From Styela clava (taxonomy: Eukaryota), in assembly GCF_964204865.1 (NCBI RefSeq), contig NC_135256.1, forward strand, positions 10,168,001 to 10,232,000: a stretch of DNA of 64,000 nucleotides, in the 5' to 3' direction. Below, one piece after another: positions 1 to 11,765 of this stretch. Position numbers and translations under genes: made by a program. The notes under the pieces are model-generated. The model had not been told where the DNA came from, searched no databases, and worked only from the letters and a program-made list of their open reading frames with translations. The first letter of the stretch is position 1; the number at the start of each line of letters is the position of its first letter.

Positions 1-2274
1 TTCTCCATTCTGTGCTTCCGCATTTAGGAACTTCACACAGTATCACCTGCAAACAAAAGATAGAGATAAACGTAAGTTTTAGATTTTATGCTTCACCATC
101 AGTGTCAGCGATCAAAACGTATTTAGCCAGTACTTGTCTTGTTTACTCTTTTTTATTTAATACGTGGTTTTCCAAAAGAATGTTGGGAGAACCATTTAAT
201 GTCCGCTCTGTCCAGCGGACAAATACAAGCCGACCACTCCATTTAGGCTTCTGAAATGGTGTCCCAACCTTGAGAGAGAACCACAGTACTAGTCTAAAGT
301 ATCAAATTCAGTGAGCTATTAAAAATGTAGTGGCTTTTAACTTGTGCTGCTCAGGGTGATTGTGCTAAAACGCTTCACGGAAGCTTTGTTGGATCAATCG
401 TTATTTGATCATCAACCAAATAACTCAGCTTCAATTATTATTGAAGCTTTCCATATAATAACGAAATAAAATTCACCTTGAGTTTATCTGAGTAGTAGAA
501 ACGAGGCATCAACACCTCCGTTTTATTCATCCATGTCGATGCATTCAAAGTTCTATTGCCAGAATACCCATATCCAAGTTTATTGCAGTACGTTCTTAAA
601 TGTGTATTCCGTTGTTCGGCTATCTTCAACATATTCCATTTTTCTGCTTCAGAGATAATTGGCAGTCCGCCGATGTCGGATCGCAATTGTAGCTTCTGAA
701 ACTCAAAATAAAGTATATATTATCAAAATTTGATAGATTTAATTTTAGGTAAACAATGAAACTAGCCCTAGTTTTCCAACTTTGTTATGCAGGTTATGAA
801 GCGGTACCGTTTCACCGATAAGTATACTCGTGAAGCTGTAAACCCTCGGAATATACCGTGTGCTGCAAAGTAACACAACAGGTTCGATAATCTTACGACG
901 AAAGGAGAGAACTCTGTTATTCAGCAGAAAAGCATGGATTGATCAGTGACACATAGTAAACCGAGAACACGTCTGACTTTTACAGAAGACTGCCAAGAAG
1001 AGACGGTGCACTTCTAAAATAAGGGGTCATGTGGGCAGGGATGTACGGAGTTAGCCAAGAATAGTCAGATCTACTACAAAGAAAATTCCGAAGTCGAAAC
1101 ACTGGCTTTGACTCTATATACTCTTGTACACGACCGTGAAACGCTTTAAGTTTTAACTAATAATTAAACTAGCTAGATCTGACTCCAAAAGATGAAGAAA
1201 TAATAGGTTCGCGTGTTCAACTGCTGAGATATCTGTTAATTTGATATAACAGCAAAGAATCAAGAGAATGCCTCTATAAAATTTTATTTCCTTCAATAGT
1301 ATATTACAATAAACTTAAGTCGCATAAACAAACTCACACTTCTAAGTTATTGTTATTGACAGGTGAAATTATAGCTTAGATTGACAATTGTTTTTCGAGA
1401 ATCGCCTTTAAAAACGATCACACATATTTCATATTTCTCGTTAAAATCGTCTCTTCCTTAATATCTTTAAACGTTCGTTTTCACGGAGTGGGATTTTGCT
1501 CCTGCTCAATTATTGCGAGACAATTCTCATGACGACAATTCATGTAAAACAAGATAAATCAGGCACATCGCTAATAATCACATGAGAATTATTCAATTTG
1601 TTACGACTGGTATCGAAATCCAATAATAGAATGCTATAGAATTTCTAATATTTTATGACGTTGAAACTATTTTTAGAGTTTATGTCAATACATTCAAAAT
1701 TATCGGTTAATTTGTTACAACCCCAAGATATAAAAATCTAACAATAAAAAGAGCAAAATTAAGTGTCGTCCAGGTTAAACACAAAGCTGTATTAAATCAC
1801 AGCTCTCACTGATTTAGGAAGCTTTGTCTATAACCGTGTAAGCGTTGAAGGAGATCTGTAGCTCAGCCTTTTATCCGCTTATTAACACAGAGTGCAAAAG
1901 ATTTTGAGTTTTGCTATAACGAGAAGGTTTCAAACGCAATAGCTCGTTATCGCGCACGAAGTGAACTTTCATACGTCGTTTTTTTCATTTTTCACATTTC
2001 ATTTTACATATTGGTCTGTTTGCCAAGAAACCTTCTGCAAATGGGAAATTACTGTGGTCGTTTGGATGAAATTTGAATTCGGCGAAAATTGCCTTTTTTC
2101 CGAATCCAATAAATCAATACTTTTTTGATCAATCAAATAAAAATATTTTAGTAAGACTCACCATACCTTGGTAATTGAACGGAATTTCATCCAGAATAAT
2201 TGAAGAATTAATCCACACAGAATAATAATAAGCACTATATAAAATACCTTCCTAATGTCTGATTTTGAAGACAT
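1..2274 (-). CDS. ST-A: carbohydrate sulfotransferase (Sulfotransfer_2, CHST11-like), 5' part; the 3' end runs off the window
   Basis: Exon 2274-2167 encodes MSSKSDIRKVFYIVLIIILCGLILQLFWMKFRSITK (type II anchor). Exon 695-477 encodes KLQLRSDIGG...PRFYYSDKLK. Exon 46-<1 encodes VILCEVPKCGSTEWR (5'-phosphosulfate-binding motif). Introns are GT-AG, phase 0. Confidence 0.88.
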
Positions 2275-2914
2275 CTTAAATATTACCGTGATATTTGAAT
2301 TGTGAACAAGGCAATACTATAGCAGTAGCAATACTCTGTCCCAGTCCAAAAGTGTTAAAAGCATCACTAGCACAAAACTATCTGAACATACAGTCTACAG
2401 CGGAAATGCGCCGGCAGTGATGCAGAAAAAAGGAACTCACGAAACATGTCAACCGCGAAAATGTCATATATATACAGCGAAGGCTCATATAGAATTGGTT
2501 AAAAGCAGAAATTTAATGCGAGATCAGGTGGACCAGATTGAAATCCTTAACGGGTCGTGGTTTATTGAAGTTTAGTATCTAGCAATGATAGATGACATTA
2601 TTGTATGGTGCTCGTTGTTCGAAACTCAAATCAATCATTCATAATTTATGCTCAAACTGTTGTATTCCGTAATTTCCGCTAGATGTTGTTCAAGAGCTAT
2701 GACGTCATCGTCAACCACATTGCGCTGCGGATATTCTTGAATACATCATTCGTTAGCATGTCTCTCGCTGGATATATTCTAGTCAATGAACTTTTAGCTA
2801 ATCATTATGATACGCAGAAAATTTTCCGAGGTAAAACATTTAATTCAACTGAACATAGGGACAAGGTATTCATTTGTTGCGTACAGCTGCGCACTTCAGA
2901 CTCGTTGTCTAGTC

Positions 2915-4986
2915 CAGTGGTTCCCAAACTTTTTGTACCATCGCCCCCCTACAGTAGTTTATACAACTTCATCGCCCCCCGGTACTGCAAAAAAAATGAA
3001 AGTCTGAAACGAATATATTACAGACCAAATACGGAGACAAATCATAGTTTATAGTGTTTTTGATTGAGATGGATGAGCTTGGTGTTCTTCAGCGAGTTTT
3101 TTATGATATCTAAAATTACCCCGTTTACTAATGGAAAGGCGATTTAGTTGTTTTGATACCAATAGTGTCACGGCTGAAAACCCCCTTTTCACCATATCAG
3201 AAGTCGGAAATGAAAGAATCCAGGGTTCTACCTTTTCAAAAACCGCCGTGTACTCTTGCCTTATAGCATTTAACTCCCTAAATTCACCCCGTTTCACATT
3301 AAAATAGGAAAACAAAATTAATTTTTCAAAACTTTTATTAATGAGTTAGGTACATCTCATTTATCCCTACAGCCTGATGACCTTCACCGAAATACATGAT
3401 ATATAACGGTCTTCGGTTAAATCCATCCCCCATTCCTCATCCTACCACGTCCTCCAGTCAGATCACCAGTCCATAGAATTAAATCAGCCATTTGTTTTGG
3501 ATTTGTGAACTTGGATGGCTCAAGGGTCGGCAAATTTCAGGTCGCTCGCGGGACAAAATTTAGGGTTGCTATTCTTTTGCGGATCGCATATATTTTTTGA
3601 ATGTTAAAAACGGAACATCGTGCAAAAACTGCGACAATTCGTGAACTCCACTTAGTCGTCTTATTAAAAAATTATTACAATGACATTTAATGTGACGCCA
3701 AGATTGGAAGATTTTCTGAATGAGCATCACGAATCCTAGTTCTTTGCTTGTTCTTTGTAATGTTCATTACAAAAATGATTGTTCGCACAAATATGTGCTT
3801 CCAAACATCGAAGTGAATATTTTTGCATGGTTTGTGAAATTTTGATAAAGAAGATACATTCTTACAAAAATTAAGCAGTGTTGAATCTCTCGAATAGAAT
3901 ATGAATTTAATTTCCTTATTGCAATACAATATATTCGTATATTTACTGCGCTATTGAACCCCTGCATTTAGCATCAGCTTTTCTGCGTGTTTTCATTTGT
4001 CTAATTATTATAAATATAAATTGTAAGCTCATTAAACGAGTATCTGTTTAATAGAATTTTTGGATATAATAAAATTTAGTCTAAACGTGTCTCACGATAA
4101 ATTCTGTTACTTAAAAAAATGTAATTTACTCCTCGAGCGTAGATTATAAATAAAATTAATTCATCGTCAAAACCGCCGTTTGGATGTTTCTCCGGGCATA
4201 GACTTCCTTGTTTACTTCGTGACATTAGCCAATCAGCAAGATGCAAAAACAAACGTAACAATGGCCGCTTTCGCATCCGCTCAGACAGATTTTCAGACGT
4301 GGTCTTGAACATTACCCCATTTTTGCGTTTTCGAATTATATTCGTTAGTATTTAGTTGTTTTCTGGATTTTACATATAAATCAAATAAGTCAATGATCAC
4401 TTTGTCTTCCTAGGAGTTTCAGTTTAATTACAGCAATCAAAAATTAGTATAGAAATGGCTGTGGTAGACTTGTCTAAAATTCTTTACCGGTACTTTTAAA
4501 AAACAGATTGTTGTAGGCGATGAATCATAATTATGGTGTGAAACAAATACCACATTTTACAGGCAACAACTCGCGAAACCACTCATAAAATAAGCACTGA
4601 AAATATTAAAGCATAGAAAGAATATTTAGGGGTCAAAGGTCGGGAAAGGTCCATTCAATGATGCGTGCTGGGCCAGATTATTTTACTCCGGCCGTATTTT
4701 TTGAACTACTAGGATACGCAAACTAACGTACCTCACTGCGAAGACGAGTCCAGCACTCCTTTCACGTGTGATAATCTCCCACGCGATTCAAATCTACGAA
4801 ATCACGCAGAGTACAGTAACGTAATCAAGTGCACGATGTGCCGAACTAAAACAGGTTTTGCGAATCGCCCCCATTTCGCCCCTTTTGGCTCTTTTCGCCC
4901 CCCTATCGCCCCCTTCGACTTTTTCGCCCCCCTCTTTATTGTTTTCGCCCACCGGGGGGCGATATCGCCCACTTTGGGAACCACTG
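2915..4986. mobile_element. Non-autonomous hAT (Charlie/Buster-type) transposon, 2072 bp
   Basis: TIR CAGTGGTTCCCAAA...TTTGGGAACCACTG with a perfect 8-bp TSD GTCTAGTC (2907-2914, 4987-4994). The empty site is in copy 2 (~16692). Subterminal TCGCCCC repeats are present. Transposase C-terminal relic FPTSDMVKRGFSAVTLLVSKQLNRL..HQAHPS lies at 3049-3250. Confidence 0.93.
3521..4712 (-). mobile_element. Older hAT (SPIN/GTF2IRD2-like) relic nested in the 2915-4986 element
   Basis: The end CAAGGGTCGGCAAA...GTCGCTCGCGG resembles the MITE at 53541. Frameshifted transposase C-terminus SMFGSTYLCEQSF / MNITKNKQRTRIRDAH at 3690-3830. The right end is degenerate. Confidence 0.65.
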
Positions 4987-6745
4987 GTCTAGTCCGTGTG
5001 GAACCAGTGATAAATTATACGAGGGTTCCATGATCTTTGTACAATTTGCATCTCCACACTTTTGCAACTACAGATTTTAGCACTCGCACACTGATTGCTT
5101 CCATGAACATTTGCACACAATGACGTTCGCACCTACGGACATTTTATTTGCATCCACGGACAGAAACGGTCATTTTCAACCCACGAATATTTGTACGGGT
5201 GCTAAAATCTATGGATGCAAAATAAGTAGATACAAAATTCCCTGGATGCATGCAGTTTATGGGTGCCCGCAGGAAAATTTCGTGTTTTCCAAATTATCAT
5301 TATTGTTAAATCGTATTGGCTGGTAAAGTTAAACTCTGATCTCGGGCTGAATATGTTATAGGACATGACATCATACGACTCATAGAATACTTTAAACAAG
5401 CTAAATGTGTATTAAAGACAGTGACAAACTGGAGGTAAAGCCACCTTTTATCATTTTTTCGCTTTTGGATTAAACAGACTTATTTTGTCACTTTCTATAG
5501 TTTTTATCACTGGAATACTGACATTAGATAATATTAAACTGATCTATAGAACGCCCATGAGTCAATTTGGCTCGGAAAAATGACTATGTTGTAAATCAGT
5601 ATTCTGCATTTGACAGTTGAAATTGAAGAAGGAAAATTCCAACCAAAATAAATAGAATCTATTGAATAAAAAATAAAATCCTTGATAAATCCTATTTCTT
5701 CTACGTTCCGAATTCCTATATTGATTACTCCGTTGCTGCCGTCCCAGTCGTGTCATTAGGTGGATATGGATGGATATTCAGGTATTTACAAGGTTGTTAC
5801 AACCGGGAGTCGGGTTGACCGTTGAAACCAGATGACATTGAAAAATGGCGGATCAAGTGGAACAAAAATACTCGAGTGTCATTTCAAAAAAAGATTAGAA
5901 AACAACGCTCCTAATAAATTTGCCTTGTTTCCACGATGAATTAACATTACAACAGCTACGAAAGATTTGAGTCATTTACAAATATTTGTTTTTGACAGTT
6001 TAATTATTTTTTATATAGTCGAAGGGAAATAAATAGATACAACGTTGCTATCGTCAGAACGTGGTATGTCGGGTGAGACTATCTGCACTGAACAAACAAA
6101 TTAATCAACACGGACGCGTTTTTAGATTGTGACGTAAAGCTCGATAGCTATGCATACATTTTTTATGCTATAATACTGGTGACCTAGTATTCAATGCAAG
6201 CTTTAGGAGTCTCACTACATTAACTAGTAATTGCACTTATGGCAGTTGTTTGTAAATAGTAATCAATCAACAACAACGACATTAAAACAGCCTAAACAAC
6301 AGTTTTTGAATTGCATGAAAGGCTGGACTCAAAATAAAGGTTTCTTTAGTTAGCAATTGTTACCATGTATGTTTTGTCCCTCACATAAAAAAATTCAGAC
6401 AAATAGGATATAGGATAATAAAATATGCCGAAAACGCCACGTTATACGATACACATTTTGTGGAAAAATATTCGATTATTGAGTCTTCAAATCGTAAAAA
6501 CTTAACACCCGTAATAAAATTTGATGATGTTTTCCAAATTCGAACCATTTTTTTTTATTATCGACCACGTCGTAAAATTGACGACATTTTTCTTCGGTTT
6601 GTTGAGAAGCTTCGAAATTGACTCGCCCATTGTGGGTGCGATATGACGTAGATATACGACTTCAAAATGTAGTATATGACAGAAATGTTCTCATACTTGA
6701 ACGAATTTAATTACCCCATACATATTCAAATACAAGTGCAATCAA

Positions 6746-8934
6746 GTTTTTATGGAATAACTCAGGTCACTGATAAGTCTGTAAAATATTGTGCGAGTAA
6801 TATATATATATATTGAATTCAATTTATAAAAATTTGCCGATGTACTTGTAGAATAAGTTTGGATATCTACAGCTGGAGGTGTAACAGCGGCCTTTGACTT
6901 ATCAGAGGACTAAATGCACAATCACGCTTGCTTAAATATAATTTTATAGGCCATCATTTTAACGTTGTTTAAAATGTTTTCATATAATTTTGAGAATAAT
7001 GCAGTATCGTGATGCACGAAATATCTAATTAAAAAACTCTACAAACCTTATCGTTGGTCATTTCCCCAGCAGTTCTAAACCAAACTGATTTTAGATTCAC
7101 GACTACATTTCCATAACTTTTGTCTATGTTCATTTCATAAATGTATTAGGAAACAACCTCTAGTGAAAACATAGTAATACGGTCTGAAATACAATTGTGT
7201 GAAGTATGAATAGGGTCAAATTGACTTCCAAGTTCTCCATACCTAAAATTTTTGACTTTTTTTAAACCTTTATACTTAAGAAGAATTAAACAAGGGAGCG
7301 TCAGACTACTTTGTTTAACATGCTTTTATTAACATATAAAGCCTTTTCTCTTTACACATTACATTTACAGTAGATTTTGATCGCAAGTTCATGTACTCTT
7401 CATTTGTATCCTGATTCGGAAATAAACCAATCTTGATCGTCTAACAAAATTACGGGGCATATGAATGAATCATGCCTATTGCTCAAAACCAATAATCAGC
7501 CATAAGAGAGCACTCATCTATTTATTCCAATGGACTACTTAGTTCAAGCCTGCGGTAGACAGTATTCGTACAGTTTGAATTTCTCTGTCGATGTCGAGAA
7601 TGGATTTCCCAACAAATAAAACCATGCTTTTGTTATATCCTAATATTTTACTTGTTTATAACCACTTAATGCCGGAATTATGATCCGCTGAGAGAAAAAA
7701 ATCGCCGCTTCGGTTATTTGCTAATTCAAGGCCGTAGAATACGAATTTAAACTAATTTTTTTTTATCTCACTTATATCTTATTTGGGAGAAAATTTTTTG
7801 TCACGAAATGGATACACTCGTCCACGTGATGAATTTATTGTGTCAATACTCGCACGTATTGCGACTGATACGAAAGGAAATATAACAAATTCAATTCAAA
7901 ATAAACGAAACCGGACGACAGAAAATGTTCAGTAGACCGTACTGTTGGTCATAAATATACGCCATGGTACCACTCAAAGCAATTTTTGGCTTTGTTTAAG
8001 CATAAATATACTCCGCATTTGGTACATCTGATTACCGGCTTGCTATCACACCCAGGGAAACGGGAAACAAAGTCTCTTAGCTTTTACCACAGGCTAATGG
8101 CCAGTGGCATCGGTTCTAACCTCGTTGTTGGGATGTGGAGTAGCTGTGCTTCTGATTCGTGGTGGGTTATAGTAGACAATGGCCTGCCTCGCTTAAGTGG
8201 AGTCGATGTTTTCCCAAGCTTGCAAAGAGATTCTGCCACAGAACTTCGAAACGATAAAAGATCTCGCTACTTGTTACTCGCAATTCCCAGGGACCATAAA
8301 AGGACGAGTCACCATTATGTGCTGTTTCGTGACGTTGTTCCATCTTCGGACTTTTGATTTGGGTATGGCGCTGGCAAACGAACTGGCAATAGTTACACTT
8401 CGTTTATTATGCCACTTCACAACTCTTATTTCAGTGTCTTCAACACATGACGTATTTTTCTTATAACATTCCAGTCCTCTTTTTTTTTAAATCTTTGTCA
8501 GATTCCAGCTCGCATCCTAATAATTTATATTGAAGTAATGTTATCGAATTAAATACGTTCTCAGATCGTATTTCTTTTGACTAATATTACTGAATGTTTT
8601 GAACAACCCTGAGAGCGTAACTTGACCTAGTTTTCTCGCGAATGTCCCAAACACAAATGACAGTAATGTTGGAAATGTACCATTATCGAACGCGTGTTAA
8701 ACCCGATGGTAATAAGTGGAGAACTACTAAACATAGTTACATCAATCTTATGGATGGAACCCGTGGCTAAATTTACCTTGGACCATATCTACTGTTTATA
8801 TCTCAACTCATTGAAAGGTCTATATTTTTGATCGATAGCTGAATAGCTCTCGTCTGACCATAGTTCCGATCTTGTCTTGCTGACAAAGGCTCTTATCTCC
8901 ATCCCAATACAACTGCATTGAATTGCAACAATTG
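6746..8934 (-). pseudogene. Possible decayed multi-exon gene (unidentified secreted or membrane protein)
   Basis: Exon-like units with AG acceptors: 8934-8777 (GT donor, one TAG), from 7687 down, 7159-7047 (GT donor, one TAA) and from 6909 down (S/T/P-rich, then hydrophobic). Phases are compatible where they can be checked. No family recognised. Confidence 0.3.
8290..8514 (-). mobile_element. piggyBac (PGBD2/3-like) transposase fragment
   Basis: Manual translation gives CELESDKDLKK..EIRVVKWHNKRSVTIASSFASAIPKSKVRRWNNVTKQHIMVTRPFMV, which matches the piggyBac W-x-D-N..V..S..P..KRW..P block. Confidence 0.7.
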
Positions 8935-9451
8935 CTGAAAAGAGAATTCAAGAGGTAATAATTTTTTTTATTTACAAAATACAATAAATGATAGTCTATG
9001 TATCGCTACAGCGATTCGAAAGTTCGTTGTTGTTGTGAGTCTTGTTGTTGTTGTTGTAAGGTGACTGTTGTGGTAAAAAAAAATTATCTTTTCTCTGTGA
9101 CTAATGAACTAGAAGATTTCTAAGTTTCAGTGCCTGAAGATGGTAGTAGTCGACAGAATAATATTACTTTCAATTTTCTCCTACGAGATCCGATATTTCA
9201 CTCGAATGATCTTTGTTGTATGATTTAATTCACACCCGGTAACCCAATCAAGAACTAGATACAATTTTACAGACCCGAAAGACCCTAAAACAGCAAAAAT
9301 CCAACCAAAACAACAACAGACGCATTGCTGCACCCACAGCCCAGCCAACAGGATAACAAAAAAACGATTGGCAGTGCCATAGCGCCGCGGTGTCTCCAAA
9401 AGCAGCAATATCAAACAACAGCATTCATAAAACAAAAAATATGGGTCGTCA

Positions 9452-10330
9452 CAGAGTAAATTGTTTGATTTTGTTAACACTTGAACTTCTGTTTGTTCAT
9501 GATCGTACCCCAACGTTTCATTTAATCCAGGACGTTTTGCACAAAAGTTATGTTCTCTCTAGAATATGTTCAAAATGACCCCTTTTAATAGAGACGGAAT
9601 TGTACCCGTTGCGCAAATGTGTCAATCACTCACTTAGATTTCTGCTGAATCGCACCGTCTTCTGTATGGGCATGTCAATAGCAAAAAAATTGATTACCTT
9701 GGTACAACACCTCCGAAGAAAGTCTTACAGAGACTTTTATACCCAATAATGTTCGCAGTATGCGTAACCATGGCCCAACATTACATAACTGGTCCGTATT
9801 GGTTCGAAGACAAAAATCAAGCGGTGAATATGAAACATTATTTAGACAACGTAGAGTCGTAAAAAGATTGATTGAGTCGATTTGTGGTTCACACATCACA
9901 TTACGCCCATACCGGACTGTAAGAGCGATTTCCGAAAAGGCAGAAATCAACAGAAATTGTAACGTCGAGTGGGCACCTCATTCATTGGATTTGAACACTT
10001 TTATCTGTAATAATATTCGAAGGACATATCATAACATTCCTCTAACAATTGGTGAACTCAAAACTGCAATTGCAGCAAGAAGAAATCCTATTGTGTAGTA
10101 CGTGTTAGTGATTGCCAATTTTGCGCAATGGATGCAAGTCTAATGAGGTGATTCGGAACATATTCTAAATAGAACATAACTTTTTTGCAATCGTCCTAGA
10201 TTCCTGAAACTTTCGAGTAAAAAATCATGCACAAACAGAAGTTGAGTCCTAAACAATATTTAAAAAAATTTGCTGTTTTTTGTAGAAGTTATTGGAAAAT
10301 TCATAGGTTCCGTTTTTTTGGTCACTCTGC
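9452..10330 (+). mobile_element. Decayed Tc1/mariner element with long TIRs
   Basis: About 100 bp of inverted match between 9476-9581 and 10144-10250. Relic WAPHSLDLN...PLTIGELKTAI corresponds to the WPxxSPDLN motif. The terminus reads GGTTCCGTTTTTTTGGTCACTCTG. Confidence 0.75.
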
Positions 10331-10815
10331 ATATTGATGTGGAAACTAATTATTCCGTGTTTCATCACCCGGGTCATAACTCATTTCATTGACAATAGGT
10401 TAATTTTTAAAATCATATTGGAAAATTCGACAGTTTAATTTGGAGGACGAAAAGTCCAATAACGGAAAATAGGAGTTAAAACTGTTAAATTTGCTTGGTA
10501 TGTAGGCCTGCTACTGCATAGGCCTGCTACTTCACTATCTGGTAAGTAACTCGGATATCATGTTATTATTAATCGTTTCCAATACTTGTATTGATTACCT
10601 CTTTTCAGTTTGCAAGATTCTAACTTAGAAAGATAACATTTGTTATAGCTTACATTCAATAAAATTTTTTTATCTCTAGAATGGAGTCGATGGGTGTCGA
10701 CTTCCCCGAGCATCGACTTTCTGGCTTTCTCCCGCATCATTGCTAATATGCAAAAAGTGACGTAACAATGTAAAGTTTTTGCAGCCGCTCAGACACTTTT
10801 ACCACCCAGACAGAT

Positions 10816-11658
10816 TCTCAGCCATGATGGTTGCATATATCACCTCGTTTTCGAGGTTTTACATGTTATTTGTCAGTTTTTAGTTGTGTTTCGAAAATTT
10901 AAGTAAGAATCAACCACCCAGTGGCAATAATTTTGATGACGTCATAGCGAGAAAAAAAAGTAATAGCCTTCTGGAGAAAATTTTTATCTTTAATCACTGA
11001 AAATATCAAAGCAATTGGTCCAGTATTCGAAGAGAAAAGCGATTTTTTTAAAATGGAGATGGAGACAAATAACAATAACAATAACAACAAAATTTTGAAA
11101 CGATCGTTATGATCTCAGCCATGATGGTTGCATATATCACCTCGTTTTCGAGGTTTTACATGTTATTTGTCAGTTCTTAGTTGTGTTTCAAAAATTTAAG
11201 TAAGAATCAAATAGCCTCAATTTCGTCTTCGATGGAGTTTAGTTTGATTGCAGCAATCAAAAATTGGCCAAGAAATAGCTGTGATAAACTAGACTAAACT
11301 TTTCTTCTGGTACTTTTAAATGACAGTTAGTTGAATATTTTGAATCGAAATTAAGGTTTGGAACATGTAAATCGGTTTATAGACGCCAGCTGGCGAAACC
11401 ACTACTAAAACAAGAGAGCTATGCTCAAATATATGGGCACGTATAATTTTGTTTTTAAATTTTTTTATAATTTTTAAATAATTTTGATGACGTCATAGCG
11501 AAATAAAAGTAATAGCCTTCTGGAGAAAACTTTTATCTTTAACCACTGAAAATATCAAAGCAATTGGTCCAGTATTCAAAGAGAAAAGCGATTTTTTAAA
11601 AATGGAGATGGAGACAAATAACAATAACAATAACAACAAAATTTTGAAACGATCGTTA
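10816..11658 (+). repeat. Interleaved direct repeats A-B-A'-C-B' within dispersed repeat sequence
   Basis: A = 10816-10913 and 11113-11210; B = 10926-11110 and 11477-11658, containing an (AACAAT)n tract. A-C is homologous to ~4290-4610 and B to ~36490-36640. Confidence 0.85.
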
Positions 11659-11765
11659 TATATTTTTGTAATAATAAAGCATAGGAAGAAATTTCCCGGG
11701 ACCAAGGTACAGGGAAACCTTCATTACCATAATTGTGTCAAGCGCAGTTCAGCGTTCATAATTCA

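Larger units (their letters stand above)
1..5758 (+). repeat. Segmental duplication, copy 1 (ST-A 5' half plus upstream flank)
   Basis: Near-identical to 13801-18592 apart from TE indels. Similarity ends at ...cccagtcgtgtcatta. Confidence 0.95.

Noticed and set aside
7545-7600. EKFKLYEYCLP* as an eighth sulfotransferase terminal exon
   Set aside because: The resemblance to the D/E-Y-x-LF-x-Y-x-x-P tail is superficial. The upstream HKW..Y..YL..LP block and all other ST exons are absent.
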